64,000 bases of DNA from an uncultured Enterobacteriaceae bacterium (lineage in GTDB: Bacteria > Pseudomonadota > Gammaproteobacteria > Eutrophobiales > Eutrophobiaceae). Below are positions 8,156-17,680 of the stretch, one piece after another; position 1 is the stretch's first letter, and every line of letters starts with the position of its first letter. The position numbers and the translations under genes are program-made. The notes under the pieces were generated by a model, which saw nothing but the letters and a program-made list of their open reading frames with translations, searched no databases and was not told the DNA's origin. The DNA lies in the NCBI GenBank assembly GCA_964509455.1, contig CAZDXS010000075.1, positions 7,131-71,130 on the forward strand, written 5' to 3'.

Positions 8156-11093
8156 TGAATGTGTCCGTGCGTTCGCCGGCGGTGAACAGGTCATCGGCAT
8201 ACAGGGTCGCGTTGTCTTCCTCGTAATAATCGGCAAGCAGGCCGGAGGAGCGCCGTTGCCCCGGCAGAGCCATGCCGGCGGCGGCCGCCAGCGCCGGCCG
8301 GTCGTCCATCACAACCGCCGGCCCGCGCACGCCTAGGCAATCGATGCCGGCCGCGCAGGCGCCGCGGCCGCCGGGCGCGAAACCGGCGGCGTAGGCGACG
8401 TAGAGCAACTGGCGCCAGCGGTTTTTTACGAACCAGTGCGGCAAATCGCCGGAGGTCTCGGCCGGGTAATAATCAATGGCGTCCGCGCGCACCGCGCCGC
8501 GAGCGCCGCGCGGCGGCACGGTCAATGCCAGCCGCGCCGCCGGGACGTCATCGTCCAGGAGTTCCAGGAGCGCCAGGGGTCTGCCGACCCGGTAAGCGTC
8601 CCCGGGCTGAAAGTCATTGTTCGCGCCGCCGTCCAGGGCCGCCACGCCCAGGGAGCGGGAGGCGACCGTCGTCACCATGCCCGCCGAGCCGTCGGCCAAG
8701 TTAAACACCGTGTCGCCCGGCAACACGCCGCGGCGCAGGAAGTCCCCGGCGGCGTCTTCCAGGACGACGGCGCTGCCGGCGCCGCCGGCCGTGCCGCCGC
8801 CGACGTCATAATGCGGCAGGGGGACGGCCGCCGGGGCGCTCGCGCAGGCGGCGCCGTACCCCAGGCAGACACTGCGTTGTCGCCGCCCGGCCGCGACCCC
8901 GACGACCTCGTTGCCCTGGTAGCGCAGGTTGAGCCGGTAACGGCGGCGGTTCACGTAACCGTGGTAAACCGCGTAATCGTCCCCCGCCCGGTAGCGGTTG
9001 GTCGCGCCGCCGTGCAACGCGGCGCTGAGCCGGGAGCCAGAGACGGCAGTCACCAGCCCGAAAGAACCATCTGTTGTGTTTTCCACCAAGTCGCCCACCC
9101 GCACGCCGGCCCGGGCGAAATCCCGGGTCGAGTCATGCAAGCGGTCGCCGCTCGCGGCGTCCGTCCTGCCGTCCAGGCGGCGCAGGGCGGCCTTGATGCG
9201 ATAACGACCGGCGGCCGCCGGGTCCGGCAACAGCGGCGCCAGCCCTTGCATGGTCAGCGCCGCGGCACCGGCGAGTCCCGTGACGACCGCGACATACGGC
9301 TCGTAGATGAGGTCGCCGCGAGCAATGCCGGCGCGGGTAAAATCCTGCGCCGGGTCCAGCAACAGGACGCTCGTGGAACCGGGCGCCGCCGTGCCTTCCA
9401 GATACGGGGCGACGGCGCTACGGCCGGCGCAATCCGCCGTGCGCGCATTGAGCCAGGCGCACCGGCCCTGGGCAGCGGCGATGCCGACCCCCCCAACGGG
9501 GGACTGGCGCACCGCCGCGGCGAGGGCGGGACGCAGGCCGGGCACGGAGCCGGTGACCACGCCGCCGGAGCGCAGACGCCAGGTCGCGGTAAAACCCGTG
9601 GGAAACACCGCGCCCGGCGTGTGTATGGCCAACATGCCCTTGCGCGCGCCGGCGCGGCCGTTGGTGCGGGGCAAGCGGTAGCCGTCGCCGGGGCGGAACG
9701 CATTGTTCCTGCCGAAATCAAGCCCGGCGACCGTCAGGGCGGCGGGGCCGGCGACGACGCCGACATGCCCCGATGAGCCGTCCGCCAGGTTTTCCACTAG
9801 GTCGCCGGGCAGCACGCCGCGAGCGATGAAGTCCCCGTGGGGGTCCGCCAGGATCAAGCCGCGGCTGCCGGCGCCGGCCGTGCCGGTGTTGCCGCGCAGG
9901 CGCCAGGATTCCCCGACGTCAAAATCGTTTTCCACGCCGCCGTGAAGGGCGGCGACCGTCAGCGACGTCCTGGTCACCGCCGCAACCGAGCCCCGCGACC
10001 CGTCGTCCAGGTTTTCCACCACGTCGCCGGCCGTCACGCCCAGCTTGCGGAAGTCCCGGGAAACGTCTTTCAGCACCCGGCCGCGGCTGCCGGCGCCGGC
10101 CGTGCCCGCCAGTGCGCGGGCCGGGTCGCGCCGCTCAATGAAATAAACGTCGCCCCGGTCAAAATCGTTTTCCAGTCCGGCGGACGGCGCGCTCAGGCGC
10201 AACGTCTTGGGGGTTACCGCCGTTACCTGCGCCACGGAACCGTCGGTGATGTTGCGCACCACGTCGTGAACGGCAATCCCCCAGTCGCCAAAGTCCGCGC
10301 CCTTGTCCGTGAGTTGCGCCGCGTTGTCGCCGCCGCTGTGGCGGCCGCGCACGATGCGGCCGGCGGCGCGCGGGTCGGCGAACGGCGTCAGCGGGGGATA
10401 GACCCCGTGGGCGGCGTAGTGGCGGGCCAGCAGGGCCCGCACCTCGTGCAACGCCCGCCGCTCCACCACCGCCATCAACTCCGCCCGGCTGACGGCCGCG
10501 ACCTGGTCGTTGCCCGCCGTGGTGGAGAACTTGCCGGCGCCCGCATCGGCGTTGCCGCCTTCCAGGTAGGCGGCGGGGTCATTGCCGGGACGCGCGTGCT
10601 GGGCGCCCACGGGCGCCCCGGGGGCGATGATCACCGCGACCATGTCGCCCACCCCGTCCAGGCTCAGCTCGCCCGGGGTCTCGCTGTTGATAATCGCATC
10701 GTTGGACTGCGCATTTTTGAAGTTGGCGGACAGGGCGTACCATAATCTCTCGCCGGCGGCGTCCCTGGGGTCGTCCAGCCCCAGGATGGTGAACGGCAGG
10801 CGCCCCAGGGTGGTGCCGGCGCCCGCCGAGCAGTTGGTTTCCGGCCTGCCGTCGTTGTTGCGGTCGGGACAGGGCAGAAAACCCGGCCCCTTCTCCTGGT
10901 TGTCGCGCAGGTCGGCGTAGTTCATCGCATAGTGCAACAGGGCGCGCCGGGCCTGGTTCAACGCCTCCTTGCTAACGGCGCGACGAGCATAGGAGCGGGC
11001 ATGCTCGTTCAGGCCGGACAGCAACGTCCAGCCGGCGCCCACCACCAGCGCCAACATGAGCGTCAGCAACGCCGCGCCGCGAGCGCGCCTCAC
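8127..11093 (-). CDS. Large pilus-associated repeat protein (MshQ-like by size and position; about 988 aa) with an N-terminal signal/anchor
   Basis: A likely GTG start at 11093 overlaps the upstream stop as GTGA. The N-terminus is VRRARGAALLTLMLALVVGAGWTLLSG. There are six internal repeats of about 60 aa with consensus DF.R.GV..GD.V.NL.DGS.G.V..V....L.V.AL.GG..N.F..GD.YR. Confidence 0.65.
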   Translation of the reverse strand: MRRARGAALLTLMLALVVGAGWTLLSGLNEHARSYARRAVSKEALNQARRALLHYAMNYADLRDNQEKGPGFLPCPDRNNDGRPETNCSAGAGTTLGRLPFTILGLDDPRDAAGERLWYALSANFKNAQSNDAIINSETPGELSLDGVGDMVAVIIAPGAPVGAQHARPGNDPAAYLEGGNADAGAGKFSTTAGNDQVAAVSRAELMAVVERRALHEVRALLARHYAAHGVYPPLTPFADPRAAGRIVRGRHSGGDNAAQLTDKGADFGDWGIAVHDVVRNITDGSVAQVTAVTPKTLRLSAPSAGLENDFDRGDVYFIERRDPARALAGTAGAGSRGRVLKDVSRDFRKLGVTAGDVVENLDDGSRGSVAAVTRTSLTVAALHGGVENDFDVGESWRLRGNTGTAGAGSRGLILADPHGDFIARGVLPGDLVENLADGSSGHVGVVAGPAALTVAGLDFGRNNAFRPGDGYRLPRTNGRAGARKGMLAIHTPGAVFPTGFTATWRLRSGGVVTGSVPGLRPALAAAVRQSPVGGVGIAAAQGRCAWLNARTADCAGRSAVAPYLEGTAAPGSTSVLLLDPAQDFTRAGIARGDLIYEPYVAVVTGLAGAAALTMQGLAPLLPDPAAAGRYRIKAALRRLDGRTDAASGDRLHDSTRDFARAGVRVGDLVENTTDGSFGLVTAVSGSRLSAALHGGATNRYRAGDDYAVYHGYVNRRRYRLNLRYQGNEVVGVAAGRRQRSVCLGYGAACASAPAAVPLPHYDVGGGTAGGAGSAVVLEDAAGDFLRRGVLPGDTVFNLADGSAGMVTTVASRSLGVAALDGGANNDFQPGDAYRVGRPLALLELLDDDVPAARLALTVPPRGARGAVRADAIDYYPAETSGDLPHWFVKNRWRQLLYVAYAAGFAPGGRGACAAGIDCLGVRGPAVVMDDRPALAAAAGMALPGQRRSSGLLADYYEEDNATLYADDLFTAGERTDTFNDQLVVVSP

Positions 11094-11880
11094 GGGACCG
11101 CTCCCGTTGCGTCCAGCACGGCGCCGCGACGCGGATCGTAGGACTGGCCGGAGCGCAGCCTCACCACCACGCCGCCGGGCAATCGGACAGCCGCCTGGTC
11201 GGCCGGGGCGCCGGTCGCCGCCGGGCACCGCGCCAGGGCCTCGCCGCCGCCGCTGAGCCAAGCGGCCGTGCGCCCGTTGCGCCCCTGGATGAAACCCCTG
11301 AACGTGATAACCGGCGCGGGTTGCGCCGTGGGCGCGGCAACGCTCGCGGCGGCGGAGCGGGCGGGGGGCGAGGCGCCGTGTTGTCCGGCGCGGCGGCGCT
11401 CGTCCAGGTATTGCCGCTCGGCGGGCATGGTGAACAGCCGTCCGGACAGCAACGTCCAGCCGGCGCCCACCACCAGCGCCAACATGAGCGCCGGCAACGT
11501 TGCGCCGCGAGCGCGCCTCACGGGACTGCTCCCGTTGCGTCCAGCACGGCGCCGCGGCGCGGGTCGTAGGACTGGCCGGGGCGCAACCTCACCACCGCGC
11601 CGCTGGGCAACTTGACAGCCATCTGGTCGGCCGGGGCACCGGGCGTCGCCGGGCGCCGCGCCAGTGCCTCGCCGCCGCTGAGCCAAGCGGCCGTGCGCCC
11701 GTTGCGCCCCTGGATGAAACCCCTGAACGTGATGACGTTCGCGGGCGCGGCCGCGGGTTGCGCCGTGGGCGCGACCAGGGGTGCGGCGGCGGAGCGGGCG
11801 GGGGGCGAGGCGCCGTGTTGCCCGGCGCGGCGGCGCTCGTCCAGATATTGCCGCTCGGCGGGCGTGGTGAACAGCCGTCC
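11030..11880. repeat. 2 diverged tandem copies (about 425 bp) spanning the lipoprotein-gene 3' end and the large-protein 5' end
   Basis: The string ccaccagcgccaacatgagcg.c.gcaacg..gcgccgcgagcgcgcctcacggga occurs at about 11041 and 11468. The C-terminus ...SYDPRRGAVLDATGAVP* is encoded twice, ending at 11518 and at 11090. Confidence 0.85.
11090..11521 (-). pseudogene. Chimeric duplicate ORF: the N-terminal signal/anchor of the large protein fused to the body of the small lipoprotein
   Basis: The translation is VRRARGATLPALMLALVVGAGWTLLSG|RLFTMPAERQYLDERRR...DATGAVP*. Its start overlaps the upstream stop as GTGA. Whether it is expressed is unknown. Confidence 0.4.
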
Positions 11881-11970
11881 GAACGGCAACGGCTCCGCGT
11901 GGGAGCAACAGGCGCACAGGGCCAGGGCCGCCAGGGCCAGGCAGCGCCGGCGGCCGCGCCCGGCACTCAT
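11518..11970 (-). CDS. Small secreted/lipoprotein-like pilus-operon protein (PilP/MshK-like by position)
   Basis: The N-terminus MSAGRGRRRCLALAALALCACCSHA is a signal peptide. The RBS GGAGAG lies 8 nt upstream. The start overlaps the upstream stop as ATGA. Confidence 0.55.
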   Translation of the reverse strand: MSAGRGRRRCLALAALALCACCSHAEPLPFGRLFTTPAERQYLDERRRAGQHGASPPARSAAAPLVAPTAQPAAAPANVITFRGFIQGRNGRTAAWLSGGEALARRPATPGAPADQMAVKLPSGAVVRLRPGQSYDPRRGAVLDATGAVP

Positions 11971-12560
11971 GCGCCGCTCTCCGGTTGAAGGGAAAACCAC
12001 TGCAGGGTGCAAGTCGCCGCCAGGTTGCCGACGGCGGGGTCGGCCGCCGGCCGTGCGACGCTGCGGATCAGTTCGCATGCGGACACGGTGTGCAGTCCCC
12101 TGCCCCGTTCATCCAGCAACGCCAGCAATGCAAACAGGTCGCCTTCGTGCAACAGTTGCAGGTCCAGGTTCATTTCGCTGGCGAAGACCCCGTAGTTCCC
12201 CGCCGGCAGGGGAAGCCCGGACTGGTAGGGACGCCGGGCGCTGATCTCGTAAGCCAGGGACGGCAACCCCAGGCCGGCGCCGGCTTCTTGCAGGACTTCC
12301 ACCCAATTCAACCGCTGTTCTTCTCCCAGCAGGCCCGTATCTCCCAGGGCGGTGAATGCCGGCAGGTAGTCCTGCACCAGTTGCTCCTCCTCGTCCAGCG
12401 CCCGGTAGCGCTCGCCGGCGGCGCGCAAGCGCTCGCCGGCATGCTGGAACTCTTGCTCCATGCGCCGCTCGTACAGGAAGGCGCCGGCCACCAAGACGGC
12501 GGCAACCGCCGCAGCGGCGACAAAAAACGCCACGGCGCCGCGCACATAATCCCAGTCCAT
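11967..12560 (-). CDS. PilO/MshJ-like inner-membrane pilus assembly protein (single N-terminal TM plus coiled-coil)
   Basis: The sequence is MDWDYVRGAVAFFVAAAAVAAVLVAGAFLYERRMEQEFQHAGERLRAAGERYRALDEEEQ. The architecture and operon position fit PilO/MshJ. The start was chosen as the first Met after the upstream stop. Confidence 0.5.
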   Translation of the reverse strand: MDWDYVRGAVAFFVAAAAVAAVLVAGAFLYERRMEQEFQHAGERLRAAGERYRALDEEEQLVQDYLPAFTALGDTGLLGEEQRLNWVEVLQEAGAGLGLPSLAYEISARRPYQSGLPLPAGNYGVFASEMNLDLQLLHEGDLFALLALLDERGRGLHTVSACELIRSVARPAADPAVGNLAATCTLQWFSLQPESGA

Positions 12561-12564
12561 GCCG

Positions 12565-14193
12565 TTACGTTCCCAGGTCATGGGCGGTCGCCAGGCGCAG
12601 GGCGAACTGCGCCTGGTCCGGGGCGGCGCGGGAATCGCCTTGCAAGGCGGCGCCGGAGCCCAGGTCCAGGGGCAGGCTGAGGATCTCGACGCGGGGCGCC
12701 GGCGTCTGCTTCCGCAAGACGTCGGCGAAGCGCTTGACCAGGGCGATGGCTGCCCTGAAATCGCCGTCAAAAGGATCAATGACGCCTTCCAACAAGGCCA
12801 CGTGGGAAACCGCCCAGCCGCGGCCTGGGGATACGGCGGCGGCTGGACCGGCGGCGGGAGATGCGGCGGCGCGGCCGGGCGCGGCGGCCGTAGCCGGCGC
12901 CGCAACTCTGGCTGGGTCGGCGGCGACGCTCCAGGTCAATCGGTTCACCCGAATGTTGGGGAAACGCTCCAGCCCCTTGCTGAGCAACTGCGCCGCGGCC
13001 AGGGGAGACGACTTGTAACGCGCCAGCAACCCGGCAATATCCACCGCCGCTTTCAGGTCCGCCGGCGCCGCCGGCAGGTCCGGCAACTGTTCCCGGGCCT
13101 GCTCAATCCTGGCGGCGTAATGCTGCGCCTGGGCGGCGGCCGCGGCGGCCTGCCGTTTCAAGCTCAACCCCCGCCACAGCTCCGCGCCGCTCCAGCCCGC
13201 ACTGCCCAGCAGGGCCAGGACGCCGGCGCCTGCCGCCAAGCCGCGCAGGCGGCGCATGGAAAAATAGCGCATTTCCGCCGCGCCGGCGTAGCAGTTCACC
13301 GGGCGCCGCGCCAGCAGTTGCTGAATGAAGAACAGGTCGCTGAACGGCGCGGGAGTCGCAGGGGTAAAACCGAGCCGCGCCGCCGTCTCATCCAGGTCGC
13401 AGAAATGGCAGATGATGCTTTCCTGGCGCTGGTATTCATTACGCAACTCCCGTTGCAACTCGCCGCCCAGCAGGAAATAGACGTGCAGGGGCGCCTGCGG
13501 AGTGACCAGGCGCAACTCGTCCAGGCCGCGGCAGGTTTTTTCCAGGGCGGAATGGATGTGCGGAGCGTACGACTCGCTCCCGTAAACAGGCATCCGCGCC
13601 AGGCGGCTCAGGCGCAGCCTGCCGTTGTGGAAAAAAGACTGGCGCAGGCCGCTGACGCTTTGCAGGCTGAGCACCAACTGGTGCGCGGCGGGTGCGCCCA
13701 GCAGTTTCAGCAGGGCGCCCGTGAACAGCGGCAGTGAGTAAATGCACGCCAGCGGCGTCTTCGTCTCCTCCAGGATGCTGGTCCAGCGCCTGACCACGTC
13801 CGGCCGGGTTATCGCGGTCAGCAACACTTGGTCTTCCGTGCGCCCGGTGCGTCCGAGCAACTGGTGAAAATAATACGGCGTGTTTCTGAACAGGCGCCGG
13901 GCGCGGCGTTGCAACACGGCGCGGCGGTCGCGGCGGGATACTCGCGGAACGGCTTCCAGCCGATACTCCTCCTCGAACACGTCAACCAAGATGTAACACG
14001 GGGACGCGCCAGTCTCCTCCAGGCAACGCCGAAAATCCTCGCGGCCTGCGTCGGTCGCCTCGAACCCGCGAGCGGGCGCCAGGGCGCCGCCGCGCCAGTG
14101 GTACAGGTCCGCCCGCTGGGCGCCGATGAACAGGGCCAGACGCTCCCGCAACCCCTGCCAGGGCTCATATATCGATGCCGGCAACGAGATCAT
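12565..14193 (-). CDS. MshI-like (PilM-like domain fused to a PilN-like TM/coiled-coil domain) pilus assembly protein
   Basis: The ORF is 542 aa with an internal TM segment (LAAGAGVLALLGSAGWSGAELW) at about residue 330, followed by a coiled-coil. Operon context supports the call. Confidence 0.55.
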   Translation of the reverse strand: MISLPASIYEPWQGLRERLALFIGAQRADLYHWRGGALAPARGFEATDAGREDFRRCLEETGASPCYILVDVFEEEYRLEAVPRVSRRDRRAVLQRRARRLFRNTPYYFHQLLGRTGRTEDQVLLTAITRPDVVRRWTSILEETKTPLACIYSLPLFTGALLKLLGAPAAHQLVLSLQSVSGLRQSFFHNGRLRLSRLARMPVYGSESYAPHIHSALEKTCRGLDELRLVTPQAPLHVYFLLGGELQRELRNEYQRQESIICHFCDLDETAARLGFTPATPAPFSDLFFIQQLLARRPVNCYAGAAEMRYFSMRRLRGLAAGAGVLALLGSAGWSGAELWRGLSLKRQAAAAAAQAQHYAARIEQAREQLPDLPAAPADLKAAVDIAGLLARYKSSPLAAAQLLSKGLERFPNIRVNRLTWSVAADPARVAAPATAAAPGRAAASPAAGPAAAVSPGRGWAVSHVALLEGVIDPFDGDFRAAIALVKRFADVLRKQTPAPRVEILSLPLDLGSGAALQGDSRAAPDQAQFALRLATAHDLGT

Positions 14194-14600
14194 AAACAGG
14201 TCCCAGCACGGAGAACACGACCCAGCCGCTGAGGCCGCCCAGCACCAGGGTCAGCAACGGCTCCATGAGTGATTGCAGGTGCGCCACGGCCGCGCGGGCG
14301 GGGCGCGTGTAGAAATAGGCGACATTTTCCAGGGCGGGCGCCAAAGCGCCGTCGCGCGTGTAGAAATAGGCGACGTTTTCCAGGGCGGGCGCCAAAGCGA
14401 CGCCGCGCCTGTGGTACAGGTCCGCCCGCCGGGCGCCGATGAACGACGCCGGACGCCCCCGACACTCCGGTCGGGGCGGGCGCCAGGGCGCCGCCGCGCC
14501 AGTGGTACAGGTCCGCCCGCTGGGCGCCGATGAACAGGGCGCGGCGCTCCCGCAACCCTTGCCAAGGATCATATATCGATGCCGGCAACGAGATCATAAA
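14165..14600. repeat. Tandem duplication (about 404 bp) of the platform-gene 3' end joined to the MshI-like 5' end
   Basis: MISLPASIY.PWQGLRER.ALFIGAQRADLYHWRGGALAPA is encoded at 14193 (real) and again at 14597. ...AVA.LQSLMEPLLTLVLGGL.GWVVFSVLGPVYDLVAGIDI* ends at 14569 (real) and again at 14165. The join falls at the shared GALAPA microhomology. Confidence 0.85.
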
Positions 14601-15771
14601 CAGGTCCCAACACGGAGAACACGACCCAGCCGATGAGGCCGCCCAGCACCAGGGTCAGCAACGGCTCCATGAGTGATTGCAAGCGCGCCACGGCCTCGCG
14701 GGCGTCGCGCGTGTAGAAATAGGCGACGTTTTCCAGGGCGGGCGCCAGGGCGCCGGTGGTCTCGCCCACCCGCAACATGCGTTGCGCCAGGGGCGGAAAC
14801 AGGCCGCCGTCCGCAAAACCGTCCGCCAGGGTGCTGCCGGCCGCCACCGCCCTGCCGACGTTTTGCAAGGCCTGCTCAACGGCGCGGTTGCCGGCGATGC
14901 GCTCGCAGGCCTCCAGGCAGTCAATGACGGTGATGCCGGACGAGTACATCATGGCGAAGCAGGCGGAGACGCGCGCCAGGATGAGTTTCTCCAGCACCGG
15001 CCCCAGCACCGGCGTCTTTAGTTTCAACCGGTCCAGGGCCCGCCGGAGGCCGGGGCTGAGCCGGGCGGCGCCGGCGACCATGCCGACAAGCAACGGCGGC
15101 GCCGCTAACATCGCGTGCCAGTACTGCGTAACCCACCCCGAGACGCGGATCAACAGCCGGGTATGGACCGGCAACGTTGACCCGGTATTCTTGACGAACG
15201 TCAACAGCTCCGGCGCCAGGTAGATCATCAAGAAGAACACCGTGCCGATAACGGCGACGCCGGCGACCAGCGGGTAGATCATCAGCTTCCGAAAAGAGGA
15301 CGCTTGCTCGTCCTGCCACTTCAGGTTCTTGCCCAGCCGCTCCAGCACCCGGTCCAGCTCCCCGGCCTGCTCCCCGGCGCGCACCAGGTTGACGAACACG
15401 TCGGAAAAAACGCCCGGAAAAGCGCCCAGGGACTGGGACAGGGTCTTGCCGCCCTCTATGGCTTCCGACATGGCCGTTACGATTTCGCGCAGGCGCGGAT
15501 TGTCGGCGGCGGTGCGCAGGTCCCGCAGGCCTTCCAGCAGCGGCACGCCGGCGCGCGCCGTCTGCTCCAAGTGAAAGCAAAACAGGGCCAGGTCGCGGCG
15601 CCCCACGCGCGCGGCGCGGCGCCAGGCCGGGGCGAGCCGCAACCGGCAACTGACCAGCTCCAGCCCCATGCCGCGCAGGCGCAACTCCAAGTCGGCCTCG
15701 TTGGCGGCGTCCATGCGGCCGGTGGTCGCCCTGCCGGCCGCGCTGATCCCCTTGTAACGATAAGACGCCAT
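14569..15771 (-). CDS. Type II secretion/type IV pilus platform protein (GspF/PilC/MshG family)
   Basis: The 400-aa ORF has duplicated GspF domains and 3 TM regions. Motifs include GETTGALAPALENVAYFY. Confidence 0.9.
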   Translation of the reverse strand: MASYRYKGISAAGRATTGRMDAANEADLELRLRGMGLELVSCRLRLAPAWRRAARVGRRDLALFCFHLEQTARAGVPLLEGLRDLRTAADNPRLREIVTAMSEAIEGGKTLSQSLGAFPGVFSDVFVNLVRAGEQAGELDRVLERLGKNLKWQDEQASSFRKLMIYPLVAGVAVIGTVFFLMIYLAPELLTFVKNTGSTLPVHTRLLIRVSGWVTQYWHAMLAAPPLLVGMVAGAARLSPGLRRALDRLKLKTPVLGPVLEKLILARVSACFAMMYSSGITVIDCLEACERIAGNRAVEQALQNVGRAVAAGSTLADGFADGGLFPPLAQRMLRVGETTGALAPALENVAYFYTRDAREAVARLQSLMEPLLTLVLGGLIGWVVFSVLGPVYDLVAGIDI

Positions 15772-15777
15772 TTCGCC

Positions 15778-17493
15778 TTACTCGCGGCGCAGGCCGCCGC
15801 CCAGGTCCACGACGCGGGCAATCTCTTCGAGGCTGGTGACGCCCTCCAGGACCTTGGCGACGCCCATGTCCGCCAGCGGCTGAAAGCCTTTTTCCAGGGC
15901 CGCCCGCGCCAGTTCCCGGGGCGTTGCCCGGCGGGCGACCAGCTCGTCCAGGTCCGGGTCGAAAGGCAGGATCTCCATCAGCGCCAGGCGCCCCCGGTAG
16001 CCCTGCCCGGCGCAGGCGCGACAACCCCTGGCGCGGTACAGGACCGGCGGCTCCGCCGCCTGCGGCCGCCCCGCCAGGGCGCACTCCGCCGCGGCGGCCG
16101 GCGCCGGTTCCCGACACTCCTCGCAAAGCCGCCGCACCAGCCGTTGCGCCGCTGCGCCGCTGACGTTGCCCGCCAGCACGTCCGACTTGATGCCCAGGTC
16201 CAGCAACCGGGGAACGGCGCCCACCGCCGAGTTGGCGTGCAACGTGGAAAACACCTGGTGGCCGGTCATGGCGGCGCGCAACGCCATGGAGGCGGTGTCT
16301 TCGTCGCGAATTTCGCCCACCAGGATAATGTCCGGGTCCTGGCGCATCATGGAGCGAATGCCGTTGGCGAATCCCAGCCGGGACTTCTCGCTGACCGCGG
16401 TCTGCCGAATCATGGCAGCGGGGTATTCCACCGGGTCCTCCAGGGTCATAATGTTGACGGACTCGGAGTTCAAGTGGTGCAAAATCGAGTACAAGGTGGT
16501 GGTTTTGCCGCTGCCGGTGGGGCCGGTCACCAGCACCAGTCCTTCCGGGCGCGCCATGATGCGCTTCAATGCCGCCAGCTCAGCGGCCGCCAGCCCCAGC
16601 TGCTCTAAGGCGAGAATGCCGCGATGGCGGTCCAGGATGCGCAGGACAATGTTCTCGCCGTGCAAGGTGGGCAGCGTCGACACGCGAAAATCCACCTGGC
16701 GGCCCGCCAGCGACAGGGAAATGCGCCCGTCCTGCGGTGCGCGGGTCTCGGCAATATCCAGACCCGCCATTACTTTCAGGCGCACCGCCAGGGCGGACCA
16801 GTAGTTGCGGTGCAGGCTGCGCACCTGCCGCAACACGCCGTCAATGCGGTAACGGAAACGCAGGAACCCCGCCTCCGGCTCGAAGTGCACATCGGAGGCG
16901 GAGCGCTTGACCGCATCCGCCAACAGCGCGTTGACCAGGCGCACCACCGGCTGGCTGTACTCGTCGCTCTCGGCGGACAGGCTCTGGTGATCTACTTCGC
17001 CCGTCTCTATTTCGTGCAAGATGCCGTCAACGGACAGTTCGAAGCCGTAGAAGCGGTCAATGGACTTTTCGATTTCGGCCTCGCCGGCCAGCACCGGCGC
17101 CAGCTCCGCCGCGCCCGCCAAGTGGGCGTTGAGCTGGTCCAGGACCACGATGTTGAACGTGTCCGCCATGGCCACCGTCAGCACGCCGGCGGCGGGGTCG
17201 TGGGTGACCGGCGCCACCCGCAGGCGCCGCGCCAGCTCCTCGGGAATCATGGCGATGGCCTCGCTGTCCGCCACGACGCGATTCAGATCAACGCGCGGCC
17301 GCCCCGCCACGCCGCTGATGACGTCGTGAATGACGGCCTCCGTGGCGAACCCCAGGCGCACCAGGATCTTGCCCAGCAACTCCCGGGTGCGCCGTTGCTC
17401 CGTCAAGGCGATTTCCACCTGGTCGGAGGTGACAATGCCCTTGCGGAGCAGCATCTCCCCCAGGCGCAGCGGTTGCCCGGCGGCGCCGCTCAC
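15778..17493 (-). CDS. GspE/PilB/MshE-family secretion ATPase
   Basis: Walker A GPTGSGKTTTLYS, the Asp box, the His box and the C-terminal tetracysteine CRAC....C..C motif are present. A GTG start overlaps the upstream stop as GTGA. Confidence 0.9.
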   Translation of the reverse strand: MSGAAGQPLRLGEMLLRKGIVTSDQVEIALTEQRRTRELLGKILVRLGFATEAVIHDVISGVAGRPRVDLNRVVADSEAIAMIPEELARRLRVAPVTHDPAAGVLTVAMADTFNIVVLDQLNAHLAGAAELAPVLAGEAEIEKSIDRFYGFELSVDGILHEIETGEVDHQSLSAESDEYSQPVVRLVNALLADAVKRSASDVHFEPEAGFLRFRYRIDGVLRQVRSLHRNYWSALAVRLKVMAGLDIAETRAPQDGRISLSLAGRQVDFRVSTLPTLHGENIVLRILDRHRGILALEQLGLAAAELAALKRIMARPEGLVLVTGPTGSGKTTTLYSILHHLNSESVNIMTLEDPVEYPAAMIRQTAVSEKSRLGFANGIRSMMRQDPDIILVGEIRDEDTASMALRAAMTGHQVFSTLHANSAVGAVPRLLDLGIKSDVLAGNVSGAAAQRLVRRLCEECREPAPAAAAECALAGRPQAAEPPVLYRARGCRACAGQGYRGRLALMEILPFDPDLDELVARRATPRELARAALEKGFQPLADMGVAKVLEGVTSLEEIARVVDLGGGLRRE

Positions 17494-17680
17494 GGCCGCT
17501 GCGCTCCGCCCCAGTCAACGCGGCAATGCGCCGGGCGACCTGCCGCCTGTTGATGCGCCGCTGCCCCGTCAGGGCGCCCAACCTGGCGGTCAGCGACCAT
17601 GCCCTTGCGGAGCAACATCTCCCCTAGGCGCAACGGTTGCCCGGCGGCGCCGCTCACGGCCGCTGCCCTCCGGACAAGGC
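17437..17680. repeat. 2 diverged tandem copies (about 162 bp) spanning the TPR-gene 3' end and the ATPase 5' end
   Basis: gtgagcggcgccgccgggcaaccg.tgcgcct.ggggagatg.tgctccgcaagggcat occurs twice on the minus strand, at 17493 and 17657. The upstream copy makes a 56-aa chimeric ORF. Confidence 0.8.

Noticed and set aside
8436-11256. Plus-strand ORFs (8436..9776, 9837..10745 and others) opposite the MshQ-like gene
   Set aside because: These are antisense to a well-supported 3-kb gene. Their composition is typical of spurious high-GC ORFs.
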